Shown here: in pieces, positions 16,202 to 26,223 of the stretch
Layout: the number at the start of each line of letters is the position of its first letter
Position numbering within the stretch: position 1 is the stretch's first letter
From: an uncultured bacterium
GTDB taxonomy: Bacteria; Lernaellota; Lernaellaia; Lernaellales; Lernaellaceae
Direction: 5' to 3'
Assembly: GCA_964534375.1 (NCBI GenBank)
Contig: CAZHPN010000007.1
Location: 66 to 64,065, forward strand
Length of the DNA: 64,000 nt
Position numbers and translations under genes: made by a program
Notes under the pieces: model-generated
What the model was told of the DNA's origin: nothing
What the model saw: only the letters and a program-made list of their open reading frames with translations
Database searches by the model: none

Positions 16202-18689
16202 ATTCCGCGGCCGATTCGGAAGACGCCCGCGAAGCCAAGCCCGTTGTCGACCGCAGCATCCGCACTTCTTCGGCGTAGCGGCGGGCCCAGGCGTCTTGCG
16301 GCTGGGCGCGGCAGGCGGCGGAAAAGTCGCGGTAGGCGTCGTCGTAGGCCCGGCGCTCCTGCTCTTGCCGGCCGGCTTGCCGCAGCTTGTCGCTGATGCG
16401 CCAGCCGAGTTTCCGCAACGCCGGATCGCGGGCATCGATGCGCCAGGCGGGCGCGAGCAGGTTCGCCGCGGCGACCGCATCGCCGCCGTCGAAGGCGGCC
16501 GCGGCCAGCCGCACATAGTCGGCCAGCCGCAACTTCTCGATTCCGCGGACATCGGCCGCGACGCTCTGCTCGCCCAAAATCTGCTCGGCGCGCTGCCATT
16601 TCGCCTTCGCCGCCTCGAGCTCGGCCGGCCCGCCGTTGGCTGCGGCGCGGGCTTCCGCCAGCAGGCTCTCGGCCAGCCGTTTCGCCGCCGCTCGGCCCAC
16701 TTCCACCGTTTCCGGCAGTTTGACGACTTCGCGGGCGCCGTGCGGCGGATCGACGCCGACGTACACGTCATAAACGCCGTCTTCTTTCGGCGCTTCGAGG
16801 ACGACCGCTTCGCGGATGAAGCGATCGCGTGGCCATTCCGCGGTGCCGGCCCAACCCATCAGCGCGGCGTGCCCGTGAAGCTCGGGCGTCTCGCCGGGCC
16901 GCGCCAGCCCCACCGACAGGCGGCAATCCCCTTCTTCGCCGCCCTCGCGCCGCCAGGTCAGGAAGATCGGCGTCTTGCGGCCCGGATCGAGCGCCGCGGG
17001 GATCTCGGCGCCGCGCAGCACGAGCCCGGCGACGAAGGCGATGGGCGGCCAATCGGGCCGCGGCGGCGCGTCCACCTCGAACAAATCGCGGCGCACGTAG
17101 TTGCCGTTGGGCGGCTCGCTGAAATGCCGGTCGTCGGGCAGCGTAAGGTACTGCGACGGGAACTTCGGGTTGTCCGGCACGGTCGTCACCTTGCCCCAGC
17201 CGCGGCGGATGTGAATGAAATCGGGCCGCCGCTCCGCGAAGAAATACTCGTCCATCATCCGGGGCCACTCGGGCGTGTACCGGCGGCGCGCCATCGGCAC
17301 ATCGAGCAGGTAGCCGATGTCCATGATCTTGCCGGGCCAATTGAAACTCGTGCCGCCCATGTCCATGTCGCACATCGTCAGGTCGTGCGGCTCGCGGGCG
17401 AGCTTGTGCGCGATGTCGCTCCACCACTTGGCGCGGCGCGCGATGCCCTTCGCCGAGACCTCGTGCTTCTCCGCGAAGCCGTCCAGCACTTTTTGCGAGG
17501 CGCCCACGGCCAGGCCCGCCGGGATCGCCACATACAGGGCCGCGACCGCGAGGCCGGCGACGACGGCGACGCGCGGGTCGCCGCCGCGGGCGGCGAGGCG
17601 CTTTATCCAATCGCCGACGTTCAGCGCGGCGAGGCCGATCAGCAGCCCGAGGGGAATCGGGAACGAAGACAGAAAGCGCCAGGATTTCATCCAGTCGCCG
17701 TTGGACACCAGCGTGAAAAACGCCAGATACGCGGCGGTCGCGGCGAAATAGAGCGCCTCGCGCCAGCGTTTGCCGAAAAACGCCGGCAGGCAGAGGAACG
17801 GCAACGGCCAGAATTCGTACGTGCTGAAGAAGGTGAAGATGTAGTTCCAGCCGGCGCTGTGGAAACTGAACACGCGCGCGCCGAGCGACGGCAGCACCTT
17901 GGCGTAATAGGTGTTCGCGAACGGCCACGCGAAATAGACGTAATGCCAGAGCTGATACAGCGCGAAGACGCCGACGAACATGACGGCCCACAGGGCCAGC
18001 CGCCGGGCGGGCCGGCCGCGGATCGTCAAATCGGCGAGCAGCAGATAGCCGCCCGCGATGACGGCGTGCATCGGACCCTCCGGCCGCGTGATCGCCAGCG
18101 CGGCGAGCGTCAGCGCCGAGAAGGGGAATAGCTTTTCGTCGGCCGCTTCGCGCGTCGCCAGCAGGAGCGACGCCACAAGCAGCAGCGAGTACAGGCTGTT
18201 CTCCAGGCCGGAATGGTTCCAGATCGCGAAGCCGGCGTGCCCCGCGACGAACAGCGCCGCCAGGCCGAGCGCCCACGGGCGCCGGCCGTCGGCCGACGGC
18301 AACAGCGCGAACAAGCCGAACGTCAGCAGCACGCCGCCGCTGAAGAGCAGCGCCAGATATTGCGAGCCGTCGAATGGGTCGACGCCGGCCTTTTGCAGCG
18401 TCGCCAGCAGCGCCACCCAGGTGGGGTTGGAAAACCCTTCGACGCGCTCGCCGCCGGGATACGCCACGGAACCGAAACCCTGGGCGATGTTGCGCGCAAA
18501 GGTGAAGCTGATCGCCGCGTCGTCGACCCAATATTTCTGATAAAACGGCGTTGCGGCGCGCGCGTAGAGCCCGAACGCCGCCAGCACGCCGGCGATGGCC
18601 AGCGCGGCCGCCGCGATCGTTTCCGCCGATGGCTTACCTTCCGGTTCGCTCGTTTGTTGCGTTTCAGATTGCGTGTCGGGTTTGGTCAT
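16200..18689 (-). CDS. GT-C-type (arabinofuranosyltransferase-like) membrane glycosyltransferase with C-terminal soluble and TPR-like regions
   Basis: VDDAAISFTFARNIAQG..YPGGERVEGFSNPTW, SGLENSL, TRPEG, PFANTYYAK, GDWM..WRF; about 10 TM helices. Confidence 0.75.
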   Translation of the reverse strand: MTKPDTQSETQQTSEPEGKPSAETIAAAALAIAGVLAAFGLYARAATPFYQKYWVDDAAISFTFARNIAQGFGSVAYPGGERVEGFSNPTWVALLATLQKAGVDPFDGSQYLALLFSGGVLLTFGLFALLPSADGRRPWALGLAALFVAGHAGFAIWNHSGLENSLYSLLLVASLLLATREAADEKLFPFSALTLAALAITRPEGPMHAVIAGGYLLLADLTIRGRPARRLALWAVMFVGVFALYQLWHYVYFAWPFANTYYAKVLPSLGARVFSFHSAGWNYIFTFFSTYEFWPLPFLCLPAFFGKRWREALYFAATAAYLAFFTLVSNGDWMKSWRFLSSFPIPLGLLIGLAALNVGDWIKRLAARGGDPRVAVVAGLAVAALYVAIPAGLAVGASQKVLDGFAEKHEVSAKGIARRAKWWSDIAHKLAREPHDLTMCDMDMGGTSFNWPGKIMDIGYLLDVPMARRRYTPEWPRMMDEYFFAERRPDFIHIRRGWGKVTTVPDNPKFPSQYLTLPDDRHFSEPPNGNYVRRDLFEVDAPPRPDWPPIAFVAGLVLRGAEIPAALDPGRKTPIFLTWRREGGEEGDCRLSVGLARPGETPELHGHAALMGWAGTAEWPRDRFIREAVVLEAPKEDGVYDVYVGVDPPHGAREVVKLPETVEVGRAAAKRLAESLLAEARAAANGGPAELEAAKAKWQRAEQILGEQSVAADVRGIEKLRLADYVRLAAAAFDGGDAVAAANLLAPAWRIDARDPALRKLGWRISDKLRQAGRQEQERRAYDDAYRDFSAACRAQPQDAWARRYAEEVRMLRSTTGLASRASSESAAE

Positions 18690-18707
18690 TCCAGCCTCTT
18701 GCGCAAA

Positions 18708-19802
18708 TTATCCGTCGCCGAAGCAGACGCCGGTGTCGCGCGCCGCGCGCACCCATTCGCCCGCCGGATCGACGAGCCGAATCTGCTTGATCGCCTCGGC
18801 GAGCGGCGTGGCGATCAGCCGGTTGTTCTGCAGCGCCACCATCGTGCCGAATTCGCCGCGCGCGGCAGTGTGCACCGCAAAGGCGCCGAGCCGCGTGCAC
18901 AAATTGCGATCGAACGCCGTCGGCGCGCCGCCGCGCTGGACGTGCCCGAGCACCGTCGCGCGGCATTCGCCGACGTCGTAGCGCTCCAGCCACCCGGCGA
19001 GCCGGTCGCCGATGCCGCCGAGCCGCACGGGTTCCGCGCTGTCGGGCACCAGTTCGCGGACGCAAGCCTCGCCGCCGTCGGGTTTTGCGCCTTCGGCGAC
19101 GCAGACGATCGTGAAATTCCGGCCGAGCTTTTTCCGGGCCTGGATGGCGCGCACGATGGTCTCGACCCGCCACGGAATTTCCGGAATCAGGATGACGTCG
19201 GCGCCGCCGGCCAGGCCGGCCTGCAGCGCGATCCAGCCGGCGTTGCGGCCCATCGTTTCGACGATCATCACGCGATGGTGGCTTTGCGCCGTGGTTTGCA
19301 GCCGATCGATCGCCTCCACGACAATGTTGACCGCGCTGTCGAAGCCGAAGGTGATGTCGGTCGCGCCCAAGTCGTTGTCGATCGTTTTCGGGATGCCGAT
19401 GATCGGGGCGCCGCGCAGGAAGAATTTGTTCCCGACGGCGTTCGTGCCGTCGCCGCCGACGACGAACAGCACGTCCAGTTCCAGGTCGCGCAAGTTGGCC
19501 AGCGCCTCGTCGCTCCGGTCGGCGGTCGTGACGCGGCCGTTCTCGACCGTCTTGTAGGCGAACGGATCGCCTTTGTTCGAACTGCCCAGAATCGTGCCCC
19601 CGCGGGCCAGCAGCCCTTTGACCATGGCGCTGGTCAGGCTCACTGTGCGCGGTTCGTCGAGCAGCCCTTCGAAGCCGTCGGCGACGCCGAGCACCGTCGC
19701 GCCGTAGCGGGAGATCGCGCAGCGCGTCACCGCGCGAAGGACGGCGTTGAGTCCGGCGCAGTCGCCGCCGCCGGTGAGTATGCCGACGCGTCTGAGAGGC
19801 AT
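18708..19802 (-). CDS. pfkA: 6-phosphofructokinase
   Basis: ILTGGGDCAGLN, GGTILGS, GGDGT, PKTIDND, ETMGRNAGW, LGHVQRGG. Confidence 0.95.
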   Translation of the reverse strand: MPLRRVGILTGGGDCAGLNAVLRAVTRCAISRYGATVLGVADGFEGLLDEPRTVSLTSAMVKGLLARGGTILGSSNKGDPFAYKTVENGRVTTADRSDEALANLRDLELDVLFVVGGDGTNAVGNKFFLRGAPIIGIPKTIDNDLGATDITFGFDSAVNIVVEAIDRLQTTAQSHHRVMIVETMGRNAGWIALQAGLAGGADVILIPEIPWRVETIVRAIQARKKLGRNFTIVCVAEGAKPDGGEACVRELVPDSAEPVRLGGIGDRLAGWLERYDVGECRATVLGHVQRGGAPTAFDRNLCTRLGAFAVHTAARGEFGTMVALQNNRLIATPLAEAIKQIRLVDPAGEWVRAARDTGVCFGDG

Positions 19803-19873
19803 GGTCGATCTCCCCGCCGGGTTTGGGCCCGACAAAAAATCGCCGTTAGAATAAGCCATGACGGCCGCGAGAG

Positions 19874-19980
19874 GAAGACTGGGAGGATCGAAGACTGAGA
19901 GACTGACAGACCGATCCCGGGCAAAGCCAAGCAGATTGCGCCAAGAAACCCCTCTCCGCCTCCCAGCCGTTCAATCTCCA
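19874..19980. repeat. Intergenic 8-mer repeat with inverted arms
   Basis: AAGACTGA GAGACTGA CAGAC (19891-19911); CTGGGAG on the left versus CTCCCAG on the right. Confidence 0.6.
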
Positions 19981-19990
19981 AAATTTCTCG

Positions 19991-21214
19991 TCACTCGTAC
20001 CGCAGCGCCTCGATGGGATCAAGGCGCGAGGCCTTGTACGCCGGGTAGAGGCCGAAGCCGATGCCGACCAGCGCGCTGAAGCCGACGGCGATCAGGACGA
20101 TCTCCGGCTTCACCAGGAGCGGCCAGTTCATTTTCGCCGCGAGTCGGCCGGCCCCAACGATGCCCAGCACCACGCCGACGGCCCCGCCGGCGGTCGACAG
20201 CGTCAGCGCCTCGACGAGGAATTGCGACAGGATGTTCGTCGGCTTGGCGCCGACGGCCATGCGCAGGCCGATTTCCCGCGTGCGCTCGGTCACGCTCACC
20301 AGCATGATGTTCATAATGCCGATGCCGCCGACGAGCAACGAAACCATCGCGATCACTGCGAGCAGGGTGGTCAGCGCGTTCGTGCTGGCTTCCATGGCGG
20401 CGGCCATTTCCGCGAGGTTGCGGATCGAAAAATCGTTCTCGACGCCGTCGGCGAGGCGATGGCGGCTGCGCAACAACGTCGTGATTTGCCGCTGGGCGCG
20501 CGTGGTGGCGTCGGCCGACACGGCGCTGACCATGATGATGCCGGGGATGAATTGCTCCATGCTGCCCTGGAGCTTGGTGAGAAAGGTCCGCACGGGCACG
20601 AAGACCGCGTCGTCGTAATCCTGGCCCGTCGGCGACTGGCCTTTCTTGGCAAGCAAGCCAATCACTTGAAAGGGTACTTTGTTCATTCGCACGACGTGGC
20701 CGACCGGGTCGACATTCGCCCCGAACAATTGCTCCGAGACCGTATCGCCGAGCACGACCACTTTGGCGCCGGTGTCTTCCTTGGGAAACAGTTCGCCTTT
20801 GGCAATGGGCCAATTGCGGATCGTGAAGAAGTCCGACGACGTGCCGGTGATGCCGGTCGTCCAGTTCTGCTCTTCCGCAATCACCTGCCCGGAAATTCGC
20901 ATTTGCGGCGCCGCGACGTCGACCGAAGAGACCTCGGACTGAATGGCCTTGAGGTCGCCCCACGTCAACGTCGGCAGCGAACCGTACCCGCCGCGCGCGC
21001 CGCCGGCCGTGGTCGCGCCGGACAAGACCATCAGCAGATTGGAGCCCATCGAGGCGAACGTGGCGACCACCTGCGCCTTCGCGCCCTCGCCGATCGCCAC
21101 CATCGCGATGACCGCCCCGACGCCGATGATGATGCCCAGGGCGGTCAAGAACGACCGCATTTTGTTGCGGCGCAGGGCGCGGATCGCCGTGCGCATGGTT
21201 TGCAATAGATTCAT
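19991..21214 (-). CDS. MacB/FtsX-type ABC transporter permease
   Basis: RSFLTALGIIIGV, GGIGIMNIMLVSVTERTREIGLRMAVGA, PAYKASRLDPIEALRYE. Confidence 0.95.
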   Translation of the reverse strand: MNLLQTMRTAIRALRRNKMRSFLTALGIIIGVGAVIAMVAIGEGAKAQVVATFASMGSNLLMVLSGATTAGGARGGYGSLPTLTWGDLKAIQSEVSSVDVAAPQMRISGQVIAEEQNWTTGITGTSSDFFTIRNWPIAKGELFPKEDTGAKVVVLGDTVSEQLFGANVDPVGHVVRMNKVPFQVIGLLAKKGQSPTGQDYDDAVFVPVRTFLTKLQGSMEQFIPGIIMVSAVSADATTRAQRQITTLLRSRHRLADGVENDFSIRNLAEMAAAMEASTNALTTLLAVIAMVSLLVGGIGIMNIMLVSVTERTREIGLRMAVGAKPTNILSQFLVEALTLSTAGGAVGVVLGIVGAGRLAAKMNWPLLVKPEIVLIAVGFSALVGIGFGLYPAYKASRLDPIEALRYE

Positions 21215-21951
21215 GAATCGGCCTCCGCTTCCGCCGGCAGGAGCACGGCTTCGCGCGGCGCCTGGCGCTTGTCCGACTGGATGCGGCCGTCTTTCATCAC
21301 CAGGACACGGGCGGCGTATTGCGAAATGTCCGGTTCGTGGGTGACCAACACGACCGTGATGCCGGCGCGATAAAGGTCTTGGAACAGTTTCATGATCTCG
21401 ATGCTCGTGCGCGAGTCGAGGTTGCCGGTCGGCTCGTCGGCGAGAATCAGCCGCGGCTTGGTCACCAGCGCCCGCGCGATCGCCACCCGTTGCATCTGGC
21501 CGCCGGACATCTGGTTCGAAAAATGGTGCATGCGATCGGCCAGGCCGACGCGCTGCAGCGCCTCCGTCGCGCGCAGCCGCCGCTCGCGGGCCGGCGTCGA
21601 CGCATAGGTCAGCGGCAATTCGACATTCTCCAGCGCATTCGTCCGCGCGAGCAAATTGAAATTCTGGAACACGAAGCCGATGACTTCGTTGCGCACCTGC
21701 GCCAACTCGGCCGCGGACAAGCGCGAAACGAGCCGCCCGGCCAGGTGGTACTCGCCGGTGCTCGGCCGATCGAGGCAACCGATGATGTTCATCATCGTCG
21801 ACTTGCCCGACCCCGACGCGCCCATGATCGCGACGAACTCTCCTTGCTCGATGACCAGACTTTCCTTGCGCAACGCGTGCACCTCGACGTCGCCCATGTG
21901 GTACGTCTTGGACACGTCTTGCAACAACACCAACGATTGCGCTGCGCTCAT
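21211..21951 (-). CDS. MacB/LolD-type ABC ATP-binding protein
   Basis: [48 protein letters not shown]; ATGA overlap with the permease. Confidence 0.95.
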   Translation of the reverse strand: MSAAQSLVLLQDVSKTYHMGDVEVHALRKESLVIEQGEFVAIMGASGSGKSTMMNIIGCLDRPSTGEYHLAGRLVSRLSAAELAQVRNEVIGFVFQNFNLLARTNALENVELPLTYASTPARERRLRATEALQRVGLADRMHHFSNQMSGGQMQRVAIARALVTKPRLILADEPTGNLDSRTSIEIMKLFQDLYRAGITVVLVTHEPDISQYAARVLVMKDGRIQSDKRQAPREAVLLPAEAEADS

Positions 21952-21961
21952 GGCTGTCTCA

Positions 21962-23257
21962 TCAGCGACGCACGCCGCCGCCGCCCATCGGTCCCATCAT
22001 CGGATTGCGGCTGGCCGTCGAACCAGCCGTGGCGGCCAGCTCGGTGATGACCTCGTCGCCTTCCTTTAGCTCGCCGTCAAGCATTTCCGTGGCCGTGCCG
22101 TCGGAGACGCCGAGCCGCACTTTCACTTCCACCGGTTCGCCGTTCCGCAATACCCACACGGAGCGCGGCGCGCGCGCGGAACCCGCCGCGTAGCCGTCGC
22201 CGCCTTTTTCTCGTTTCGGCGGCTCGCCCGCGACGGCGGCTCGCGCCGAACCGCCCGGTTTGCCAGCCGCGGTCGCCAATTTCTTCCGCAATTCGGTCGG
22301 CGGACGAAATCGCAAGGCGGTATTGGGAATGCGCACGGCGTCTTCGCGTTCCGCGTAGACGAAGCTGGCGCTGGCCGTCATGCCGGGTTTGAGGCGAAAA
22401 TCGTCGTTTCGCACGTCGATGACGGCGTCGTAGGTCACCACGTTTTGCACGGTTTGCGGCGAATTTCGCACCTGCCGCACCTTGCCGTGGAACACATCGC
22501 CGGTATACGCGTCTACGGTGAAGGTCGCATCCATGCCGTCGTGCAGCTTGCCGACATCGGATTCGGCGACGCTGGTGTCGACCTGCATCTTCTGCATGTC
22601 CTCGGCGACGGTGAACAACGTCGGCGTTTGCAACGAGGCCGCGACCGTTTGGCCGACGTCGATGAGCCGGGAAATCACCGTGCCGGTCGTCGGCGTCACG
22701 ATCGTCGTGTAGCCGAGGTTGATCTGGGCTTGATGCAAGCTGGCTACCGCCTGCGCCAGCGCGCCTTCGGCGGCGGCGACGGCCGCGACGTCGCCGTCGT
22801 AGGCGGCCTGCGCCGTTTCGAGATCCTGCTCCGCCAGCAGTTTTTGCGCGAAGAGTTTCTTGTCGCGTTCGTAGATCTTGCCGTCGTTGACGGCCTGCAC
22901 TTTGGCCTTTTCCAGCGAGCCTTTGGCGGCGAGGACGTTGGCCTTGCCCTGTTCGACGGCGGCTTGGAACAGGGCCGGATCGAGTTGGGCGAGAACTTGC
23001 CCTTTCTTCACCGGCGCATTGAAATCGGTGAACCATTTCAAACACGTGCCGGACACCTGGGCGCCGACCTGCACCGTGACCAGCGCGGACAGCGTGCCCG
23101 TCGCCGTCACTTTCGCGACGATCTTGCCGCGTTCGATCTTGGCCGTCTCGAACTGCTGCGTCGGCTTCCTTGGCCAATAATGGTAGGCGCCGTAGCCGAT
23201 CGTCGCGGCGAGGACAACGACCAGGCCGATCGTCAGCCGCCGTTTGCTTTGGTTCAT
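21962..23257 (-). CDS. MacA/HlyD-type periplasmic adaptor subunit
   Basis: ATGTL..VQVGAQVSG, VKKGQVLAQLD, GTVISRLIDVGQTVAAS, LKPGMTA. Confidence 0.92.
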   Translation of the reverse strand: MNQSKRRLTIGLVVVLAATIGYGAYHYWPRKPTQQFETAKIERGKIVAKVTATGTLSALVTVQVGAQVSGTCLKWFTDFNAPVKKGQVLAQLDPALFQAAVEQGKANVLAAKGSLEKAKVQAVNDGKIYERDKKLFAQKLLAEQDLETAQAAYDGDVAAVAAAEGALAQAVASLHQAQINLGYTTIVTPTTGTVISRLIDVGQTVAASLQTPTLFTVAEDMQKMQVDTSVAESDVGKLHDGMDATFTVDAYTGDVFHGKVRQVRNSPQTVQNVVTYDAVIDVRNDDFRLKPGMTASASFVYAEREDAVRIPNTALRFRPPTELRKKLATAAGKPGGSARAAVAGEPPKREKGGDGYAAGSARAPRSVWVLRNGEPVEVKVRLGVSDGTATEMLDGELKEGDEVITELAATAGSTASRNPMMGPMGGGGVRR

Positions 23258-24081
23258 CAGTCAGCATCCCTCTTGCGCCGAAATTCGACCCGCTTAATGA
23301 CACGCTTCCAGCTTCGAGTGTTCAAAAAGGCGTTGTCGATTTCGGCCAGAACCTTGTCGTGGAGCGGCCGCGGGAGCGCCAGGCTCATGTAATCGGGCTC
23401 GACGAAGGGCCGGGCGGCGATGTCGAAGCTGCCTAGCACGGCGCGCGGCTTTTCGCTCTTGGCTTCCTGCAACGGGAAGAGGACGATCGTGCCGCAGGCG
23501 GCGCCGAACGGCGCGATGACGGAGTTCCAGTCCTCCGACGCGAAATTGACCAGGTTCATCAAGCCCGAAAGCGGGTCGGCGTGGCCGAAAAAGACGAGCA
23601 CTTCGGGTTCTTCGCCCGGCGCCAGTTTGTCGATCCGCTTGATCACGCAGTATTTTTTCGGCGCCTTTTGGATGTTCCATTCTTTGACGAAGCGCCGCAC
23701 GAGTTCGGGCGATTTCACTAGGCGCTCGCCCTCGAACAACCCTTCCTTGCCGGTCGAGACAAAGTACGGGACCATCGGCGACATCTCCGCGAGGCCCAGG
23801 TAACACCCGCCGCCCGGACAACCGAAATGGTCGGAGTCGAAATACGAGGTCACGCCGGACCGGCGCGTGCGCCGGACGTACGCCAGGACGCAGGGGTAGA
23901 TCTTTTCCGACGTATCCCAGTCGAACGTGCCGTCCTTGAGGTTTTCCTCGCGTGGTACGATTCCCGATTGCGGGTGAATGGCGTCGGCCGGTTTGTCGTC
24001 GGTGTAAAAGACGGCCAGCGCGTGGTCCGCGAAGCCGAGCCGATCGTCGAGTTCCTTTGCTTTCGCGATGTCGAAGTTCAT
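23257..24081 (-). CDS. DUF169 family protein
   Basis: FGCPGGGCYLG, APFGAACG, AVLGSFDIAARPF; TGATG overlap with the adaptor gene. Confidence 0.75.
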   Translation of the reverse strand: MNFDIAKAKELDDRLGFADHALAVFYTDDKPADAIHPQSGIVPREENLKDGTFDWDTSEKIYPCVLAYVRRTRRSGVTSYFDSDHFGCPGGGCYLGLAEMSPMVPYFVSTGKEGLFEGERLVKSPELVRRFVKEWNIQKAPKKYCVIKRIDKLAPGEEPEVLVFFGHADPLSGLMNLVNFASEDWNSVIAPFGAACGTIVLFPLQEAKSEKPRAVLGSFDIAARPFVEPDYMSLALPRPLHDKVLAEIDNAFLNTRSWKRVIKRVEFRRKRDAD

Positions 24082-24254
24082 CGTTTGGCGACTCCTTCAA
24101 TGTGCAGGCGACCGTCGCTTGCGTCGCATAATGTGCCCCGGAACCCGGGCCTTCGGCAAGGGCGAACGGCGTTTGAAAATTTACCGTCAACGACGAGTAC
24201 GGGGAGTTCCGGCGACACTTCGCGTATTTCCTCACGGCCGCCGGGTTCGCTTTT

Positions 24255-25298
24255 TCAGGGGTTTGCGGAAAACGTCTGAGGCGCCAACACCGGCTCGGTC
24301 GCGAAATCTTTGGGCAGTTCGCCGGTCAGGCTGTTCAAGAAGGCGAGCAGGTCGTCGAGTTGCGGCTCGGCGAGGATTTTGTCGAGTTGGACCTTCGCCA
24401 TGACGCGCACGGCGTCGGGCAACGCGGCCACAGATCCGTCATGGAAATACGGCGGGGTCATCGCGACGTTGCGCAGGCTCGGAACTTTGAAAACGTATTT
24501 GTCCGCCGCGTCTTTGGTGATTGCAAAACGCCCTTCATCCACTTTCGCGCTGTGCGTCGCCGGCCAGTAATCGGCGGCAATTCCGAATTTCTGAAATGAA
24601 CGGCCGCCGACGCCGACGCCGTTGTGGCAGCCGGCGCAGCCGAGGTCGAGAAAGTCGCCGAGGCCCCGGTCCGCCCGCGCCGCGAGCGCCCCCGCGTCGC
24701 CTTTCAGAAACGCGTCAAAGGGCGACGGCGTGACCAGCGTGCGCTCGTACGCGCCGATCGCCCTGCCCCAATTCGCCGGCGTCACGGGCTCGGCATCCTG
24801 CGGAAACGTGGCGGCGAATTCGGCCGCGTATCCCGGAATCGCCTTGATTTTCCGCGTCACGGCGGCGAAATCGGGGTTGCCGAAGCTGGCGGGCCCGACC
24901 AGCGATTTCATCGCCTGCTCTTCGACGTTGGCGCGATCGCCCAGCCAGTGGGCGCGGAATTGCAACGCCGCATTGAGCACCGTCGGCGCATTGCGCGCGT
25001 TCGCCCGATGTTCGACGCCGATCGACGTCGGCAAGCCATCCGTTCCGTACAGCGCCGGATGATGGCACGTCGCGCACGAGACGGTTCCGTCGAGCGAAAG
25101 CCGCGAATCGAAAAACAGCTTGCGGCCCAACGCGACGCGCGCCGGCGTCGTCGGACAATCCGGCGTCGCCAGGTCGGCGGGCAGCGGCGCAAAAAACTGC
25201 CGGGCTTTTTCGAGCAGGCTGCGATCCGGTGCGGACGCCGCGACGAGCATCGCCGCCGCCGCAAACGCCAAGGCGGTCCGCATGAGCCAACGCTGCAT
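24255..25298 (-). CDS. Di-heme cytochrome c peroxidase (CcpA/MauG family)
   Basis: Signal peptide; LGRKLFFD.RLS, CATCH, RNAPTVLN, CAGCH, FKVPSLRNVAMTPPYFHDGS. Confidence 0.93.
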   Translation of the reverse strand: MQRWLMRTALAFAAAAMLVAASAPDRSLLEKARQFFAPLPADLATPDCPTTPARVALGRKLFFDSRLSLDGTVSCATCHHPALYGTDGLPTSIGVEHRANARNAPTVLNAALQFRAHWLGDRANVEEQAMKSLVGPASFGNPDFAAVTRKIKAIPGYAAEFAATFPQDAEPVTPANWGRAIGAYERTLVTPSPFDAFLKGDAGALAARADRGLGDFLDLGCAGCHNGVGVGGRSFQKFGIAADYWPATHSAKVDEGRFAITKDAADKYVFKVPSLRNVAMTPPYFHDGSVAALPDAVRVMAKVQLDKILAEPQLDDLLAFLNSLTGELPKDFATEPVLAPQTFSANP

Positions 25299-25446
25299 TG
25301 TCGAACTCCCTTTTCGATATTTCAAAAAACAGAATAACCACGGCCGATTCCGCGCAGCACTTCGGCAGGAAAAAGAGGATTTCGCTCGTTTTCGACAATT
25401 GGACGCCAATCTTGCGTCAATTCCTCGGTAGGGTTACCGTTTCGCG

Positions 25447-26220
25447 ATGAACGCGGATTCCGTAGAAAACAACGGCGTGTTGGCGTGGACTGTGCGCAAT
25501 GAGGACGCCGGCGGCGTGCCCTTGGTTTTCCTGCACGGCGCGGGCGGTGAAAAAGAAATCTGGTCGGCCGTGGCGCGGCGGTTTGCCGCTTTGCGTCCGG
25601 ACCGGCCGCTGGCGCTCGTCGATCTGCCGGGTCACGGCGACGCCCCGCCGCCGGGCCGCGACCGCATCGAGGATTACGCGGCCGAGGTGCGGGCGTTTCT
25701 GGACGAACGGGCGTGGCCGCAATTCGACCTGGCCGGCCACAGCATGGGCGGGGCGATTTCGCAGGCGCTCGCCGCCGATATGCCCGACCGCGTGCGGCGC
25801 GTCGCCCTGATTTCCACGGGCGCGACGCTCGACGTCAACCCGATGCTGATCGACCTGCTGCCGAATCAGATGGACCTGGTGATGGAAATGTTCGAGTCGT
25901 TCGCGTTTGGGCCCGACACCCCGCGCGGCCTGATCGACGTTTGCCTGGAGCCTCTGCGCCTCGTCGACCCGGTCGTCTTCCGAAACGATTTCATCGCCTG
26001 CCGAAATTGGAACGCCGGCGAGCGGTTGGACGCGATTCAGGCCCCCTGCCTCGTCGCGGTCGGCGAAAAAGATTGGTTGACGCCCGCCAAACGCGGCAAG
26101 TTTCTCGCCGCCAACCTCAAAAACGCCAAACTGGAGATCTTTATGAACGCCGGCCACATGCTGCCGGTCGAACGGCATCGCGAACTCGGCGACTTGTTGG
26201 CCGCCTTTCTGGAGGACTGA
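25447..26220 (+). CDS. Alpha/beta hydrolase
   Basis: VFLHGAGG, DLPGHG, GHSMGG nucleophile elbow, GEKD, AGHM. Confidence 0.9.
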   Translation: MNADSVENNGVLAWTVRNEDAGGVPLVFLHGAGGEKEIWSAVARRFAALRPDRPLALVDLPGHGDAPPPGRDRIEDYAAEVRAFLDERAWPQFDLAGHSMGGAISQALAADMPDRVRRVALISTGATLDVNPMLIDLLPNQMDLVMEMFESFAFGPDTPRGLIDVCLEPLRLVDPVVFRNDFIACRNWNAGERLDAIQAPCLVAVGEKDWLTPAKRGKFLAANLKNAKLEIFMNAGHMLPVERHRELGDLLAAFLED

Positions 26221-26223
26221 ATC

